Source of the DNA: a virus
DNA: 64,000 nt
Strand: one strand, 5' to 3'
IMG/VR virus record: IMGVR_UViG_3300010883_000007
Coordinates: 1 to 64,000 of that record
Shown here: piece by piece, positions 27,369 to 36,703 of the stretch
Layout of the letters: each line of letters starts with the position of its first letter
Position numbering within the stretch: the stretch's first letter is position 1
Made by a program: the position numbers and the translations under genes
The notes under the pieces: model-generated
Told to the model about the DNA's origin: nothing
What the model saw: the letters and a program-made list of their open reading frames with translations, nothing else
The model's database searches: none

Positions 27369-27419
27369 GAAGAGGCATGCCTCTTCAATTGATTTTAGCC
27401 TCAAAACGTCTAGTGTTAA
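27369..27419 (-). promoter_or_regulatory. Sigma70-like promoter TTAACA-N16-TAAAAT followed by 18-bp palindrome GAAGAGGCATGCCTCTTC
   Basis: -35 at 27419-27414, -10 at 27397-27392, perfect palindrome at 27369-27386. Confidence 0.55.
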
Positions 27420-27429
27420 GGTGATTGCG

Positions 27430-27681
27430 CTAGTCGTTGTCGACTAGACCCTCTTGGGCCAGACGCTTAGCAACATGACGAGTTCCATGGCGCATCTGGG
27501 TTCTAAACTCTGTGTGCAACACATGTGTCAACGAATCCAGACGTGCTCTGAGATCATTTACTTCAGTGCGTAGCGCCGAGACCTCCGACGCCGGTGTGGA
27601 CTTTACAGCCTTTTTGGTCGTAGCTGACTTTGTCTTGGCTGTCTTGGTTGTTTTCTTTGGTATCATGCTTTTTGCAGGCAT
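27430..27681 (-). CDS. Hypothetical protein with K/T/A-rich N-terminus and coiled coil
   Basis: MPAKSMIPKKTTKTAKTKSATTKKAVK; SD GAAGGAG upstream. Confidence 0.7.
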   Translation of the reverse strand: MPAKSMIPKKTTKTAKTKSATTKKAVKSTPASEVSALRTEVNDLRARLDSLTHVLHTEFRTQMRHGTRHVAKRLAQEGLVDND

Positions 27682-27695
27682 TCTTTCTCCTTCGC

Positions 27696-28025
27696 TTAAG
27701 CGACTATTTTAAGCAACCAGATTGTTGCTGCCATACCAAATTGTATAACTGCGAACACTGTAATTGCCTTCGTCTTAAATATCTTGAGTGACTGGACCTC
27801 GTCCATTAGCTCCTTGAGCTGTGACGGTGATGCAACCTCGTCGATCTTCTCTTTCCACGATTTGAGCTCTTCAACTCGGTCTTCCTTAGCTCTCATCTGA
27901 GCAATCTCTTGCTTGAGCTCCTGTATTTCCTTGTTTAGCGCAGATATATTCTCTGCCAGGGATTCTAGTTCTTTGAGGACTAATCTAGAGTACTCGTTCC
28001 AGCCATTCTGTGCATCATCACTCAT
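27696..28025 (-). CDS. Coiled-coil protein with C-terminal transmembrane helix (holin/XhlA-like architecture)
   Basis: Likely start ATG 28025 (MSDDAQNGWNEY, SD GAGGG), heptad repeats, C-terminal AITVFAVIQFGMAATIWLL. Confidence 0.55.
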   Translation of the reverse strand: MSDDAQNGWNEYSRLVLKELESLAENISALNKEIQELKQEIAQMRAKEDRVEELKSWKEKIDEVASPSQLKELMDEVQSLKIFKTKAITVFAVIQFGMAATIWLLKIVA

Positions 28026-28269
28026 TATAAACCCTCTTACATCCGTATGTTTCAACTAACTCTAGAACTGTCTCTATACGTTCAACAACACACGGAATAT
28101 CAGGATCCCCTTCGGAGAGTATACTTCGAACTTCCCTGAGTGACTCTATAACAACCCAAAGGGTTTTTGCGTTCTTCTTTAGCTGGGCGTCCCTATCGTT
28201 GAGAGAGATAGTTAGCTCTCTCAGCTTCTTGAGTGATGCGCGGCCTTTCTTGGAGTCACACTTATCCAT
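28018..28269 (-). CDS. Hypothetical protein
   Basis: 83-aa ORF just downstream of an ATAGTTA motif; overlaps the next start. Confidence 0.55.
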   Translation of the reverse strand: MDKCDSKKGRASLKKLRELTISLNDRDAQLKKNAKTLWVVIESLREVRSILSEGDPDIPCVVERIETVLELVETYGCKRVYNE

Positions 28270-28295
28270 ACCATATAACTATCATGTTCATAGGG

Positions 28296-28331
28296 AAAAA
28301 GAAAAGGGGTGCTTCCAAAGGAAGCACCCCT
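28296..28331 (-). terminator. Intrinsic terminator after major capsid gene
   Basis: Stem-loop AGGGGTGCTTCC-AAA-GGAAGCACCCCT (28305-28331), followed by TTTCTTTTT on the minus strand. Confidence 0.88.
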
Positions 28332-28361
28332 GATCTGATCCGAGGATCAACTGAACTTGGT

Positions 28362-30251
28362 TTAGATGATGTTCATATCCATGAGCGTCACTGTTCCGTA
28401 GAAATCGGAACGAACCATCTTCTTGCCGTAGCGAGTCATCACGCCCTTACGAGGAGTGAAATCCTCAGGTGCGAAGATCGTCGGAGTGACGATAAGCGGC
28501 ACGTACGGAGCGTAGACGTATCCTGTCTCAAGGTAGCTACCACCCTTGTACCCAACAAGAATCTTGTTGCGTGGGAAGTAGGGGTCCTTGTAGACCGTGA
28601 AACGATTGCTCAGCGTACCAACCTTCTCGGCTCCCAGGGAGATCGGACCACTGACCTGTCCTTCACCGTCTAGGGTGTAGGATGGGCGGTAGAAGACCGA
28701 TGCCTCAAGGATAGTTGCCACATCAGGACCCACCACAATGAAGTTAGCAGAACCACGCAGCGTCTTACGGTGAATGGTGTTTGCCACGTCAATGACGGTC
28801 TCAATGAGAGTCTCGTACCACTCGCGGACAGTTCCCGTGAAGGAGGGTCCGGGAGCGAGACTGGAGCTCTGATTAATCTCAGCGCCAGACTCCTTGTTAA
28901 CGAACTTACCAGGTGCACGACTCCAGTAGAGGTTTGCACCATTCGCCTGGGTGAGTAGGTCGTTGAGAATCTCTCGGTCCAACTCTAGGGCGATCTGCTC
29001 GGAGAGGATCTGGGTTAGCTCCACCTCAGCGTCGAGGCTGTGATAGGCGTTCAGGTCCTGAGCAAGCTCTGGTGACCACTTGGCACGTAGCTTTCTGGTA
29101 ACCGCTGTCACAGCGATCGACTCAATCTTGATATCGATCTCTGGGATTGCCGGAGACGGTGTTGCAAGGAAGTTCGACTCAAAGGCGGGAATCACGAGAG
29201 ACTCACCGTTCGATGAGTTCAACGCGGAGTCCAGAACAACAGAGACCTCGAGCTTCGCACGATCTACATCATCGAGCATCGAGCCGGAGATAACAGCCAT
29301 CAGGGCTGCACCGGTGGAGTCCCGATTGATGAGAGGATCAGAGGTGAACACGTTGTTCGACCATTGTCCAATCTGGTTGAGGCGTCGCACGTTGACGATA
29401 CCAACACCACCCTGTACAGTCTTTGGAAGACCAGAGGCTGAGGAAGGCGTCGTGTCGCCGAAGTGGAGAGCAATGTCCTTCACCAGCGTGAGATCTGCAT
29501 TGGCGAAGCAGGCGTTACCCAGATTGAGGACAACTGCCTGGAACTGGCCAGTGTTTGCACGATTGGGATCTTCCTCAATCAGAGCACCGACCTGTGGGTC
29601 GAACTGAAGCAGCTTTCCATCAGTTCCTGTCGCGTGAAGCTTAGAACCATCAGACCAGTTTCCACCAGCTGAAGCAGCACCCGCATACGAACCAGAAGCG
29701 AGGAAAATATCCGCATCTAGATCTGTATTGGTATGTACGCGCGAGAATCCACTACCTGCGAGATCGTACTGACCACCGGTTCCTAGTGAACCAGAGCGTA
29801 CACCCTTGCCGGATGGGCCGTTGTAAATGGAGTCGCCCTGACTGTAGACTGCTTCTGTTGAGGAAGCATCAGCGCCACCGTCAGAACCATACTGGTAGTC
29901 AAGGTAGAATAGCAGACCGGAAGGGAGGCTCATGGGCTGGATAGAAACCAGCTCATTGGCCACCAGGCCGCCGAAGACGCGTCGGACGATTGGGAATGCC
30001 ACGTTAGTGAATCCCGCAATATCGTTAGCATTGGTTAGGGCCCCAGCGCCCGTGGACAGGGTGGAACGCTCACGGAGTAGCTGACCAGCCTGGTTTTCAA
30101 GCATTCTGGACATATTCTCTCGGTGAACACCCTCGAGGCCACGGAGGAGGCCGGTTCGGGCCCACTTCTCAACGAGACGACGGTTCTGGGAACCGAGGTG
30201 CCGTGCGCGGATACCCTCTGTTAGTTGATCAAGTGTAAAGGTCTTGGACAT
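28362..30251 (-). CDS. Major capsid protein (T4 gp23-like) with a large internal insertion
   Basis: FPIVRRVF..LVANELVSIQPM..PSGL.FYL, TRKLRAKWSPELAQDLNAYHSLDAEVEL, GYVYAPYVPL, PRKGVMTRYG. Confidence 0.97.
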   Translation of the reverse strand: MSKTFTLDQLTEGIRARHLGSQNRRLVEKWARTGLLRGLEGVHRENMSRMLENQAGQLLRERSTLSTGAGALTNANDIAGFTNVAFPIVRRVFGGLVANELVSIQPMSLPSGLLFYLDYQYGSDGGADASSTEAVYSQGDSIYNGPSGKGVRSGSLGTGGQYDLAGSGFSRVHTNTDLDADIFLASGSYAGAASAGGNWSDGSKLHATGTDGKLLQFDPQVGALIEEDPNRANTGQFQAVVLNLGNACFANADLTLVKDIALHFGDTTPSSASGLPKTVQGGVGIVNVRRLNQIGQWSNNVFTSDPLINRDSTGAALMAVISGSMLDDVDRAKLEVSVVLDSALNSSNGESLVIPAFESNFLATPSPAIPEIDIKIESIAVTAVTRKLRAKWSPELAQDLNAYHSLDAEVELTQILSEQIALELDREILNDLLTQANGANLYWSRAPGKFVNKESGAEINQSSSLAPGPSFTGTVREWYETLIETVIDVANTIHRKTLRGSANFIVVGPDVATILEASVFYRPSYTLDGEGQVSGPISLGAEKVGTLSNRFTVYKDPYFPRNKILVGYKGGSYLETGYVYAPYVPLIVTPTIFAPEDFTPRKGVMTRYGKKMVRSDFYGTVTLMDMNII

Positions 30252-30288
30252 TTGTTTCTCCTTAAAGGTCCTGTTTCAGTAGTTCGAC

Positions 30289-32046
30289 TTAGTCCCCACC
30301 GTTATTAATACCGGCGAGTACTGCCCATCGATCCACCTCATGCCCACTGTTGGTCGGTGATGCCGACCGGGTTGATCTGGAGGATGATCCGAGCGATCTT
30401 GAGCTACGTCCCTCTTGAAGGGTCTTCCTGGAGACCTTCTTGAGCGAAGAAGTCAAGCTCTTGTAAAGAAGCTTTGCCTCTCGGAGCGTCTTGGCATTGT
30501 CCAGGGCCTCGACTATTGCTCTTTGCTGCTTGGCTGTTAGGTTGCGATTTTGAATTAGCTTATTTGCATAAAGCAACTTCGCATTGAAAAGATTCATCTC
30601 GGTGAGCTGTCCCTTAAGGGCATGCACCACCTTGCGATACTCAGCGATTTGTTGGCCTCCACCGGAAGGTCGTCTTCCACCAGAGGTACGACGAGGAGCT
30701 GCTCGGCGGCCACGCTTGGCGTTGGCTCGACGACGTGCTGCCTCACGCATCTTTCTCACGCGTGCGCGTCGTCTTAAAGACTCTGGCATCGCGTCGTGCC
30801 CGGGAGGCTGTCCGCCTCCGGCGTCGGGAACTGGAGCATCTCCAAGTTCATCGGCTAGAGCATTGAGAAGATCATCCTCGTCTACCTCTACGAAGGGCTC
30901 GTCCTCGGCGTCACCGCCACCAAACGAGGAGTCTCCGGATCCGTCGACTGGATCGTTCTCATTAAGCTTACGAATCCTACGAAGCTCCCGACGAAGCATT
31001 GCCTCGTCGATCTCATAGGTCTCCTCGAGCTCAAGCTCATCTTCAGGAGCCTCGCCCTCTAGATCCTCTTCACCCTCTGCGGGAAGTACTTCGACTTCGA
31101 GACCGAGTGCGTCACCTAGATCGAGTAGAGCTTCCTCAGCTGCGTCGATATCTGGTTCCCCTAGCGGTACTTCTTCGCCTTCAACTTCTTCGCCCTCTTC
31201 GGGTGCGAGTTCGAGGTCCTCTTCTTGTTCGAAGAGAAAATCGAAGATATTCCTGTTTTTACGCCTTGACATTTGCTTCATCTCCTTAATCACAGAATTG
31301 ATGCGAGCTTTTTCTAGGAGTGTACCTCCTGTATCCTGCTCTGTAAGTATTACCTGCCGTCGCAAAATGACTGCCTCACGTGCCAGGGATTCAAAAATCC
31401 GAGCGGTACGTTGACGCTGTCCCTTTGTCGAACCTGCCCTCTTGGCAATTGGCAGGGCTTTTCTTAAAATTTTGATTCGTGACTCGAGAAGCTTAATTCT
31501 CTTCTGGAGTCTTGCTCGACCTGTTGTGCTCTGTGACACCATGTGGGCCAGAGCCTCTGCAACTTCCTGACCGAGGAGCAGATCGTCTTCGTCATCAAAT
31601 CCACCCTCCTCAGCTGAAGTGTCGACCTCGATGCTGATATCACCTACTGATACTTCCACTTCACCAGTGGGTGTCACAGAAACCGATGCTGCATCAGCAT
31701 TGCCATCGGAAGCCGGAAGTTCTAGCCCCATGGGCGCGCCCATTTCAGGAGCGAATTCAGGAATACCGAGATCGTCGGCTCCGGATTCCATCGAACCATC
31801 AACTGCCATACCATCTGCTGCAGCGTCTAGATCCAGAACCTCGGGACCGAGCTCATCGTCGAACTCCTCTTCCTCAACATCGTCTAAGGGATCAAGATTA
31901 TCGTCCTCACCTAGCAACTGGCGCTCAATGAGGTTCCTAATTCTGGGTGTCACTGCATCGATGATCTTGTTCCGCGCGTTCTCCTCAGCCATATCGGCAA
32001 GTCGGAGTGCTTCGGCGATTGCATCATCATAAAGATTTTGACTCAT
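30289..32046 (-). CDS. Prohead scaffold/core protein
   Basis: Acidic low-complexity protein immediately upstream of MCP; LTEMNLFNAKLLYANK and many L-X-E sites. Start moved to ATG 32046 (SD GAGGGAGG). Confidence 0.75.
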   Translation of the reverse strand: MSQNLYDDAIAEALRLADMAEENARNKIIDAVTPRIRNLIERQLLGEDDNLDPLDDVEEEEFDDELGPEVLDLDAAADGMAVDGSMESGADDLGIPEFAPEMGAPMGLELPASDGNADAASVSVTPTGEVEVSVGDISIEVDTSAEEGGFDDEDDLLLGQEVAEALAHMVSQSTTGRARLQKRIKLLESRIKILRKALPIAKRAGSTKGQRQRTARIFESLAREAVILRRQVILTEQDTGGTLLEKARINSVIKEMKQMSRRKNRNIFDFLFEQEEDLELAPEEGEEVEGEEVPLGEPDIDAAEEALLDLGDALGLEVEVLPAEGEEDLEGEAPEDELELEETYEIDEAMLRRELRRIRKLNENDPVDGSGDSSFGGGDAEDEPFVEVDEDDLLNALADELGDAPVPDAGGGQPPGHDAMPESLRRRARVRKMREAARRRANAKRGRRAAPRRTSGGRRPSGGGQQIAEYRKVVHALKGQLTEMNLFNAKLLYANKLIQNRNLTAKQQRAIVEALDNAKTLREAKLLYKSLTSSLKKVSRKTLQEGRSSRSLGSSSRSTRSASPTNSGHEVDRWAVLAGINNGGD

Positions 32047-32085
32047 AATCCTCCCTCTCACACGTATGTTGTGTCTAAATATGAT

Positions 32086-32328
32086 TCAGCGCCTCAATTT
32101 ATCTTTCGTAGGAGCACTCTTATTACTGTCTTCTTCTCTCTTACGTCGGGCTTTACTCTGCGCCCGCTTTCTTCGACGCTTCTGTCCCTTTGTCTCATGA
32201 ACCAAGGTTTCCCTGTATTCCTGAACTATTCTTTCTTTCTTGCACTTTCGTACGAATAGCCTTATCAGCTGTTCAGAGGTTCGTATCTTTCCCCCAAGAT
32301 GTACTGAAACATTTACTGGCTTGGCCAT
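32086..32328 (-). CDS. rpsU: Phage-encoded ribosomal protein bS21-like (divergent)
   Basis: EQLIRLFVRKCKKERIVQEYRETLVHETKGQKRRRKR aligns by eye with the bS21 pattern ALRRFKR.C.K.G...E.R....YEKP...R.R; size and basic composition fit. Confidence 0.75.
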   Translation of the reverse strand: MAKPVNVSVHLGGKIRTSEQLIRLFVRKCKKERIVQEYRETLVHETKGQKRRRKRAQSKARRKREEDSNKSAPTKDKLRR

Positions 32329-32332
32329 TTTC

Positions 32333-32869
32333 TTACTTCGCGGTCCAAATCCCTGACTGGTAGGGATTATCCCAGACCCAGTCTAAAGGATCATGATCAT
32401 TGTTGACCTCAAGCTCTTCAAGCTCATCGTCAATTTTAACAGGTGGAGGAGGTGATGCCCAGCCTCGAGTCGTTCCAGTTCGACGAGATGGACCTACAGT
32501 TAAAGCTGTGTTCTCCACCTCACGAAGGACGTCGTCCGGTCTATCGAAACAATCAGAAAGTTTAGTGTTTCCGGCCGCGTAATAAAATGGAGTTGTGCCC
32601 TTGAATGCCAGGGGGTCGCTGGCCGCGTAGGGACGATACTTCCTGCTGATTACTTTCCCTGAATCACCCAAGTCTAAATCGTCGAGATCTTCAAATTCAT
32701 CAGGTGATTTATAGGGGAAGTGACTTCCTGTCTGCCTCGGCTTGAATAAACGATCGCTGGACCTGCCGTATCCCGAATCTGTATTCGCATCATGCTGATT
32801 AAGGGCTCTGATCGATTCTCTCATAGACCAGCTATTGGTATTTAGCTGTCGTTGGTCTTGGTACGCCAA
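32333..32869 (-). CDS. Hypothetical protein (head module)
   Basis: Co-oriented ORF in the head operon. Confidence 0.6.
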   Translation of the reverse strand: MAYQDQRQLNTNSWSMRESIRALNQHDANTDSGYGRSSDRLFKPRQTGSHFPYKSPDEFEDLDDLDLGDSGKVISRKYRPYAASDPLAFKGTTPFYYAAGNTKLSDCFDRPDDVLREVENTALTVGPSRRTGTTRGWASPPPPVKIDDELEELEVNNDHDPLDWVWDNPYQSGIWTAK

Positions 32870-33423
32870 GGTCTCGTCTGTATCTCTGTTGAGGTGTCAC
32901 TCGGGTTCGTGAGGTCTGGGCCTGCGAATGGAGGCCTGGACGTCTTTGATGCTGTGAAGCTCTTAGTCGCTTCCCCATCCGGATTATCATCAGCATCACC
33001 GAAAGCAGGCGGTTGGAGATTGGGAATGTACGGACTTGCCAAGGGAGTAGCATCCTCTCCGGTAGTAGTCACAGCACTAACATTTGGCGCAGGAAACACC
33101 ATATCAGCACTGGAGGGGGTAAACTCATCAGACTTAGGCGCTGAGAATCCCCAGTAGCCTGCAGCGTCTGACCTGTCATTCCGCCCTGATACACTATTTG
33201 AAATTAGCTTAAGCTGCATCGAGCTTACATCATCTGGAGTATAACTTGGCTCACCCTCTGCACTTCCCAAAAGAGGAGAGTTGGGAAATCCCTTGCTTAG
33301 ACGAGACTTACTCGACTTAGCAAGACCAGCGCCCTCAACGTTTGTGGACTTAGCTGTTGGCGCTGGTCCCTGGAAGACCACTGTGCCATGGTTCATCTGT
33401 CCTCCGGCTGGTTGCTGAGCCAT
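32842..33423 (-). CDS. Pro/Ser/Gly-rich hypothetical protein, paralog of 33429..33905
   Basis: Shares FPNSP/YPASP, APNV..V.T/APDL.DVET and PYIPN/AHVPN blocks with its neighbour. Confidence 0.65.
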   Translation of the reverse strand: MAQQPAGGQMNHGTVVFQGPAPTAKSTNVEGAGLAKSSKSRLSKGFPNSPLLGSAEGEPSYTPDDVSSMQLKLISNSVSGRNDRSDAAGYWGFSAPKSDEFTPSSADMVFPAPNVSAVTTTGEDATPLASPYIPNLQPPAFGDADDNPDGEATKSFTASKTSRPPFAGPDLTNPSDTSTEIQTRPWRTKTNDS

Positions 33424-33428
33424 TAGTA

Positions 33429-33905
33429 TTACTCAGCCGAGGACTTACCCAGAATATACGCCCCCAGGGTCTGACCGGAAATCTTCTCAGAAGACGCCTT
33501 GGGCTGCAATTGTGAACCAACGCCTGAACCCCAAGTATCTGAGGGCTTTTGGCCCCAACCGTCCGGAGGGTCAGCTACATCAGCGGGGTTGTGGCTGCCA
33601 GGTCCAGGTGATACTGGGTTGGGAACGTGTGCGCTCCCTGGTAGTCCACCACCGCCAGTCTCAACATCGGCTAGATCAGGAGCATTAGTATAGGATGTAT
33701 CATACTCTCCAAACGTGTGGCCGCCGTCGTTGATTACAGCATCCAAGACATTCTCTTGGTACCACTGACGTCTCTCGTCATCGGTCATATCACCTAGCGC
33801 CATGGGAGAGGCAGGATAGGCTGTGCCCAGGTCATTGCTGGCCGAGCGTCCCATAAACCTCTCAGTGGGTGTGGACTCAACTGTTATTTGCTTGTGAGTA
33901 GGCAT
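33429..33905 (-). CDS. Pro/Gly-rich hypothetical virion protein
   Basis: Strong SD AAGGAG; lies in the head operon. Confidence 0.7.
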   Translation of the reverse strand: MPTHKQITVESTPTERFMGRSASNDLGTAYPASPMALGDMTDDERRQWYQENVLDAVINDGGHTFGEYDTSYTNAPDLADVETGGGGLPGSAHVPNPVSPGPGSHNPADVADPPDGWGQKPSDTWGSGVGSQLQPKASSEKISGQTLGAYILGKSSAE

Positions 33906-33925
33906 CTCTTGATCTCCTTGTTATC

Positions 33926-34246
33926 CTACGAGAGGCGTCGAACAACTCGTGCCCGAAGCTGTCTCTTTGTCTCTTGAATTCTACGCAACTTTGAAGTGAG
34001 CTTTCTCTCCTGAATCTTGAGAGCTCGCATCCAATCAATATCCTTGGCAATAGTCTCGGCCTCGTCGCCGGCCTCTACCTCGTCGGGGTTAACCTTCTCA
34101 GGATCTTCAATACCTGCTTCTACAGGATCAGATGTCTCACGAATTCGACTTCGTCTTCGTCGTCGAGATCTTTCGAATTTAGACTTTTCCTCGAGGACCA
34201 TTCTCCTGAGGAGCGTGGGTGTCAGTCTTCTAACTCTTCGTGCCAT
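33926..34246 (-). CDS. Hypothetical head-internal protein
   Basis: LRRMVLEE and RIRE motifs, basic tracts, C-terminal coiled coil; SD AGGAG. Confidence 0.65.
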   Translation of the reverse strand: MARRVRRLTPTLLRRMVLEEKSKFERSRRRRRSRIRETSDPVEAGIEDPEKVNPDEVEAGDEAETIAKDIDWMRALKIQERKLTSKLRRIQETKRQLRARVVRRLS

Positions 34247-34330
34247 TTGTTGTATCTCCTACAATGATAAGCGTGTTCGCATATCATACATATCAAGTTC
34301 GCAAAAAATCTTCTGGTTCTAGATTAACCC

Positions 34331-34801
34331 TTAGGGCTTTTTTGAAGCGCCACCGAATGCCAGTGTCTCCCAATTCGATGCAGCACCCGAGAACGCTTCC
34401 ACATTGGAAACATCTCCCCCAGGTGCATCAAAAGCTTCTGTCATATCAGCGGTGGAGCCGGCGCTTCGAGGCGACCCAGCAGCGTTCTGCTCCTGAAGTG
34501 TTGTTCTCGCAGTATCCGCAAAAATATCTGCCATCATTGGATTAGTTGTTAGCTCACGGACAGCAGTGTTTACAGCATTGTCAAATTTCACACCGTCGAG
34601 ATCAGGATTCTCTGGGGTGTGGAGTGATCGATTCTCTTGGAGCCTACCACTTCTGCCGGAGACAGGGCTGACTGCCGGGGGTTCATGTCTCACTAGTGAC
34701 TCTCGAAGGACACTAGAGTTATCTGAAAGACCTTCAGCGAGAAGTTCTACCAGACACTCTTTTACCAACATTTTCAGATTAGCGCGCGTAAGCTTTGCCA
34801 T
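34331..34801 (-). CDS. Hypothetical head-internal protein
   Basis: LKMLVKECLVELLAEG, VLRES and RLQE are gp21-type cleavage-like motifs. Confidence 0.65.
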   Translation of the reverse strand: MAKLTRANLKMLVKECLVELLAEGLSDNSSVLRESLVRHEPPAVSPVSGRSGRLQENRSLHTPENPDLDGVKFDNAVNTAVRELTTNPMMADIFADTARTTLQEQNAAGSPRSAGSTADMTEAFDAPGGDVSNVEAFSGAASNWETLAFGGASKKP

Positions 34802-34806
34802 TGATC

Positions 34807-35241
34807 TTAACCAACTCCATCAAAACCCTCTGAACCTGTGAGGTTCAGAAATGATCCCTTAGCAATATTTGTGATTCCTGCAATCAGTGAGAAATTAGTT
34901 GCTGCTCCGCTAGCCTTGATCCAGAGCTTGTCGCACTTGATCTCCAAGCGACCTGTCTCAGTTTTACCGGTGAGCGTGAAGAAGTTCTCTGTCTCTGCAC
35001 CGTTAAGACCATTCTGTGTAAAGCCAAAGCTTAGGGTCTGCGTTGCGTGATTATTTCTAAGCACAATAAACCGAGTAACTCTAGGGAACTCAATTAGCTG
35101 GACCGCTGTACTACACAGCGATGATGTGACAAACGGAAGGCAGGAACCCTGATACTCCGAAACAGAACCGTGGTGAGTAGGCGCCCATCCGGAGCCGCCG
35201 GCGCCAACATCGGATCGATCACCTGAATAATAATTTGCCAT
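34807..35241 (-). CDS. Hypothetical beta-rich virion protein
   Basis: Directly after the protease; SD GAGGA; beta-strand-like pattern. Confidence 0.65.
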   Translation of the reverse strand: MANYYSGDRSDVGAGGSGWAPTHHGSVSEYQGSCLPFVTSSLCSTAVQLIEFPRVTRFIVLRNNHATQTLSFGFTQNGLNGAETENFFTLTGKTETGRLEIKCDKLWIKASGAATNFSLIAGITNIAKGSFLNLTGSEGFDGVG

Positions 35242-35247
35242 TTCCTC

Positions 35248-35862
35248 CTACTCCTCCCACTGCAGTATGTCGTTGAATATTCTATCAATTCTATCAGACT
35301 TGGTAAAGTGGAACTTCAGATCGTGCTCGTTAACGATACGACCCTCCTTCATCATGAATGCCCCGGGAGTGGAAGGCTCGGACACAAAATCCCAGCATAT
35401 CAGCTGAAAGTCGTCCTGAACTACATCGTGGTCGCCCTCAGGCTTCGTCGAGCCAACGCCGCGACTTGAGATACCCAGTGTTATGCCTGACTCAACCAGG
35501 CTCTGCAGAATCTTTCCGCTTGGGGTGTCTAGAAGCTCGACGGATCCGAACACCACATCGCCTTCCATGTGGGCCTCGCGCACAATATGTGACGCGTTCT
35601 TAAGCTCCACAACGCTCGACTCTGGATGGTCACACTCTCCCAAAGCACGATTTTCTTGAATGAACTTCTGATAGTTCCTGACCTCACGTTCCAATATAGG
35701 AAGGGGATATAGCCTACCATTCTGGTTGAGAGTTCCTGCCTTCTGCAGAACACCCTTGAGAATGATCTTGCCGGCATTGGCACCCCTCGACTCTGTTATC
35801 ATCTCCTGGGTGTACTTGAACGGTACCCACTCAGTGAGTAGTTTTAGTTTTGTATTACTCAT
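35248..35862 (-). CDS. Prohead core protease (T4 gp21-like)
   Basis: NQNGRLYP, GECDHP, LDTPSG, GISSRGVGS, WDFVSEPSTPGA. Confidence 0.95.
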   Translation of the reverse strand: MSNTKLKLLTEWVPFKYTQEMITESRGANAGKIILKGVLQKAGTLNQNGRLYPLPILEREVRNYQKFIQENRALGECDHPESSVVELKNASHIVREAHMEGDVVFGSVELLDTPSGKILQSLVESGITLGISSRGVGSTKPEGDHDVVQDDFQLICWDFVSEPSTPGAFMMKEGRIVNEHDLKFHFTKSDRIDRIFNDILQWEE

Positions 35863-36703
35863 CTTCGCCCTCCATTATCTCATGCCCCAGTTGAGCCAGG
35901 ACCAGGAATCGAGAGATGCCTGTGTCAGACATCTCGTTTAGATCTAGGGTAGTTATTTTTTCCCTAACCTCAGGAATTTTCGCTAGAAGTATCTTATTAC
36001 TACACTCGCGCGCGTAGCTACTGAGTCCTCTTAGAAGCTCATCCTTTTGACGCGTTAGCATGCCTCTCACGATATCGTCCCGGCCGGGTGACTTCGAAAA
36101 TGCATACTCCTGGATAATCTCCTTCTGGGCACTGGTTAACGACCTTCCGTACTTTTGATTGAACTTGTCTGTCATTATCTTCACAGTAAGGGGATTAACA
36201 CCTGGTGTCTTGAGCTCGTCAATTGATCTTGTGGGGTTATCTGTTAACAGCCACTCATGAATCTTTCTCTCATAGTCAATCACTCGGCCCAGACGGAGGT
36301 CGGCTCGCCAGTCATTAAGTAGTGTCTGGATTGTTGCGTACGTTCGGTATCCCTCAACTCGTGTCTTGTAAAAGTTCTTATCGTTCAGTGTGTGATTGAT
36401 ATCCCTTACAAGCGCTGCCTTTTCCTGCCGAAGTTTAAGCGCGTCGTGGTCCTTCGCAGCTTCCTTTGCTTCAGTGAGGATTCGTGTTGCTAGGGACTCA
36501 GAGGGAACAGTGGTTTTCACTAGTGCATTAAACAGCCTAAATTCTCGATAGAGTTGACTGTCTCGATCGAAATGGCGGCGAAGAATGCCCATTATCTTAT
36601 CAGCTTTCTGAGTGTCTCCTGCAACTAGTGCTTCAGAGACACGTCGCACCAACTGCTCGTATATGATACCAACATTTCTCTTTTTGTTGTGCGTCTTACT
36701 CAT
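35855..36703 (-). CDS. Hypothetical helical protein between portal and protease
   Basis: Overlaps both the portal stop and the protease start; N-terminal HNKKRNVGIIYEQL. Confidence 0.75.
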   Translation of the reverse strand: MSKTHNKKRNVGIIYEQLVRRVSEALVAGDTQKADKIMGILRRHFDRDSQLYREFRLFNALVKTTVPSESLATRILTEAKEAAKDHDALKLRQEKAALVRDINHTLNDKNFYKTRVEGYRTYATIQTLLNDWRADLRLGRVIDYERKIHEWLLTDNPTRSIDELKTPGVNPLTVKIMTDKFNQKYGRSLTSAQKEIIQEYAFSKSPGRDDIVRGMLTRQKDELLRGLSSYARECSNKILLAKIPEVREKITTLDLNEMSDTGISRFLVLAQLGHEIMEGEDE

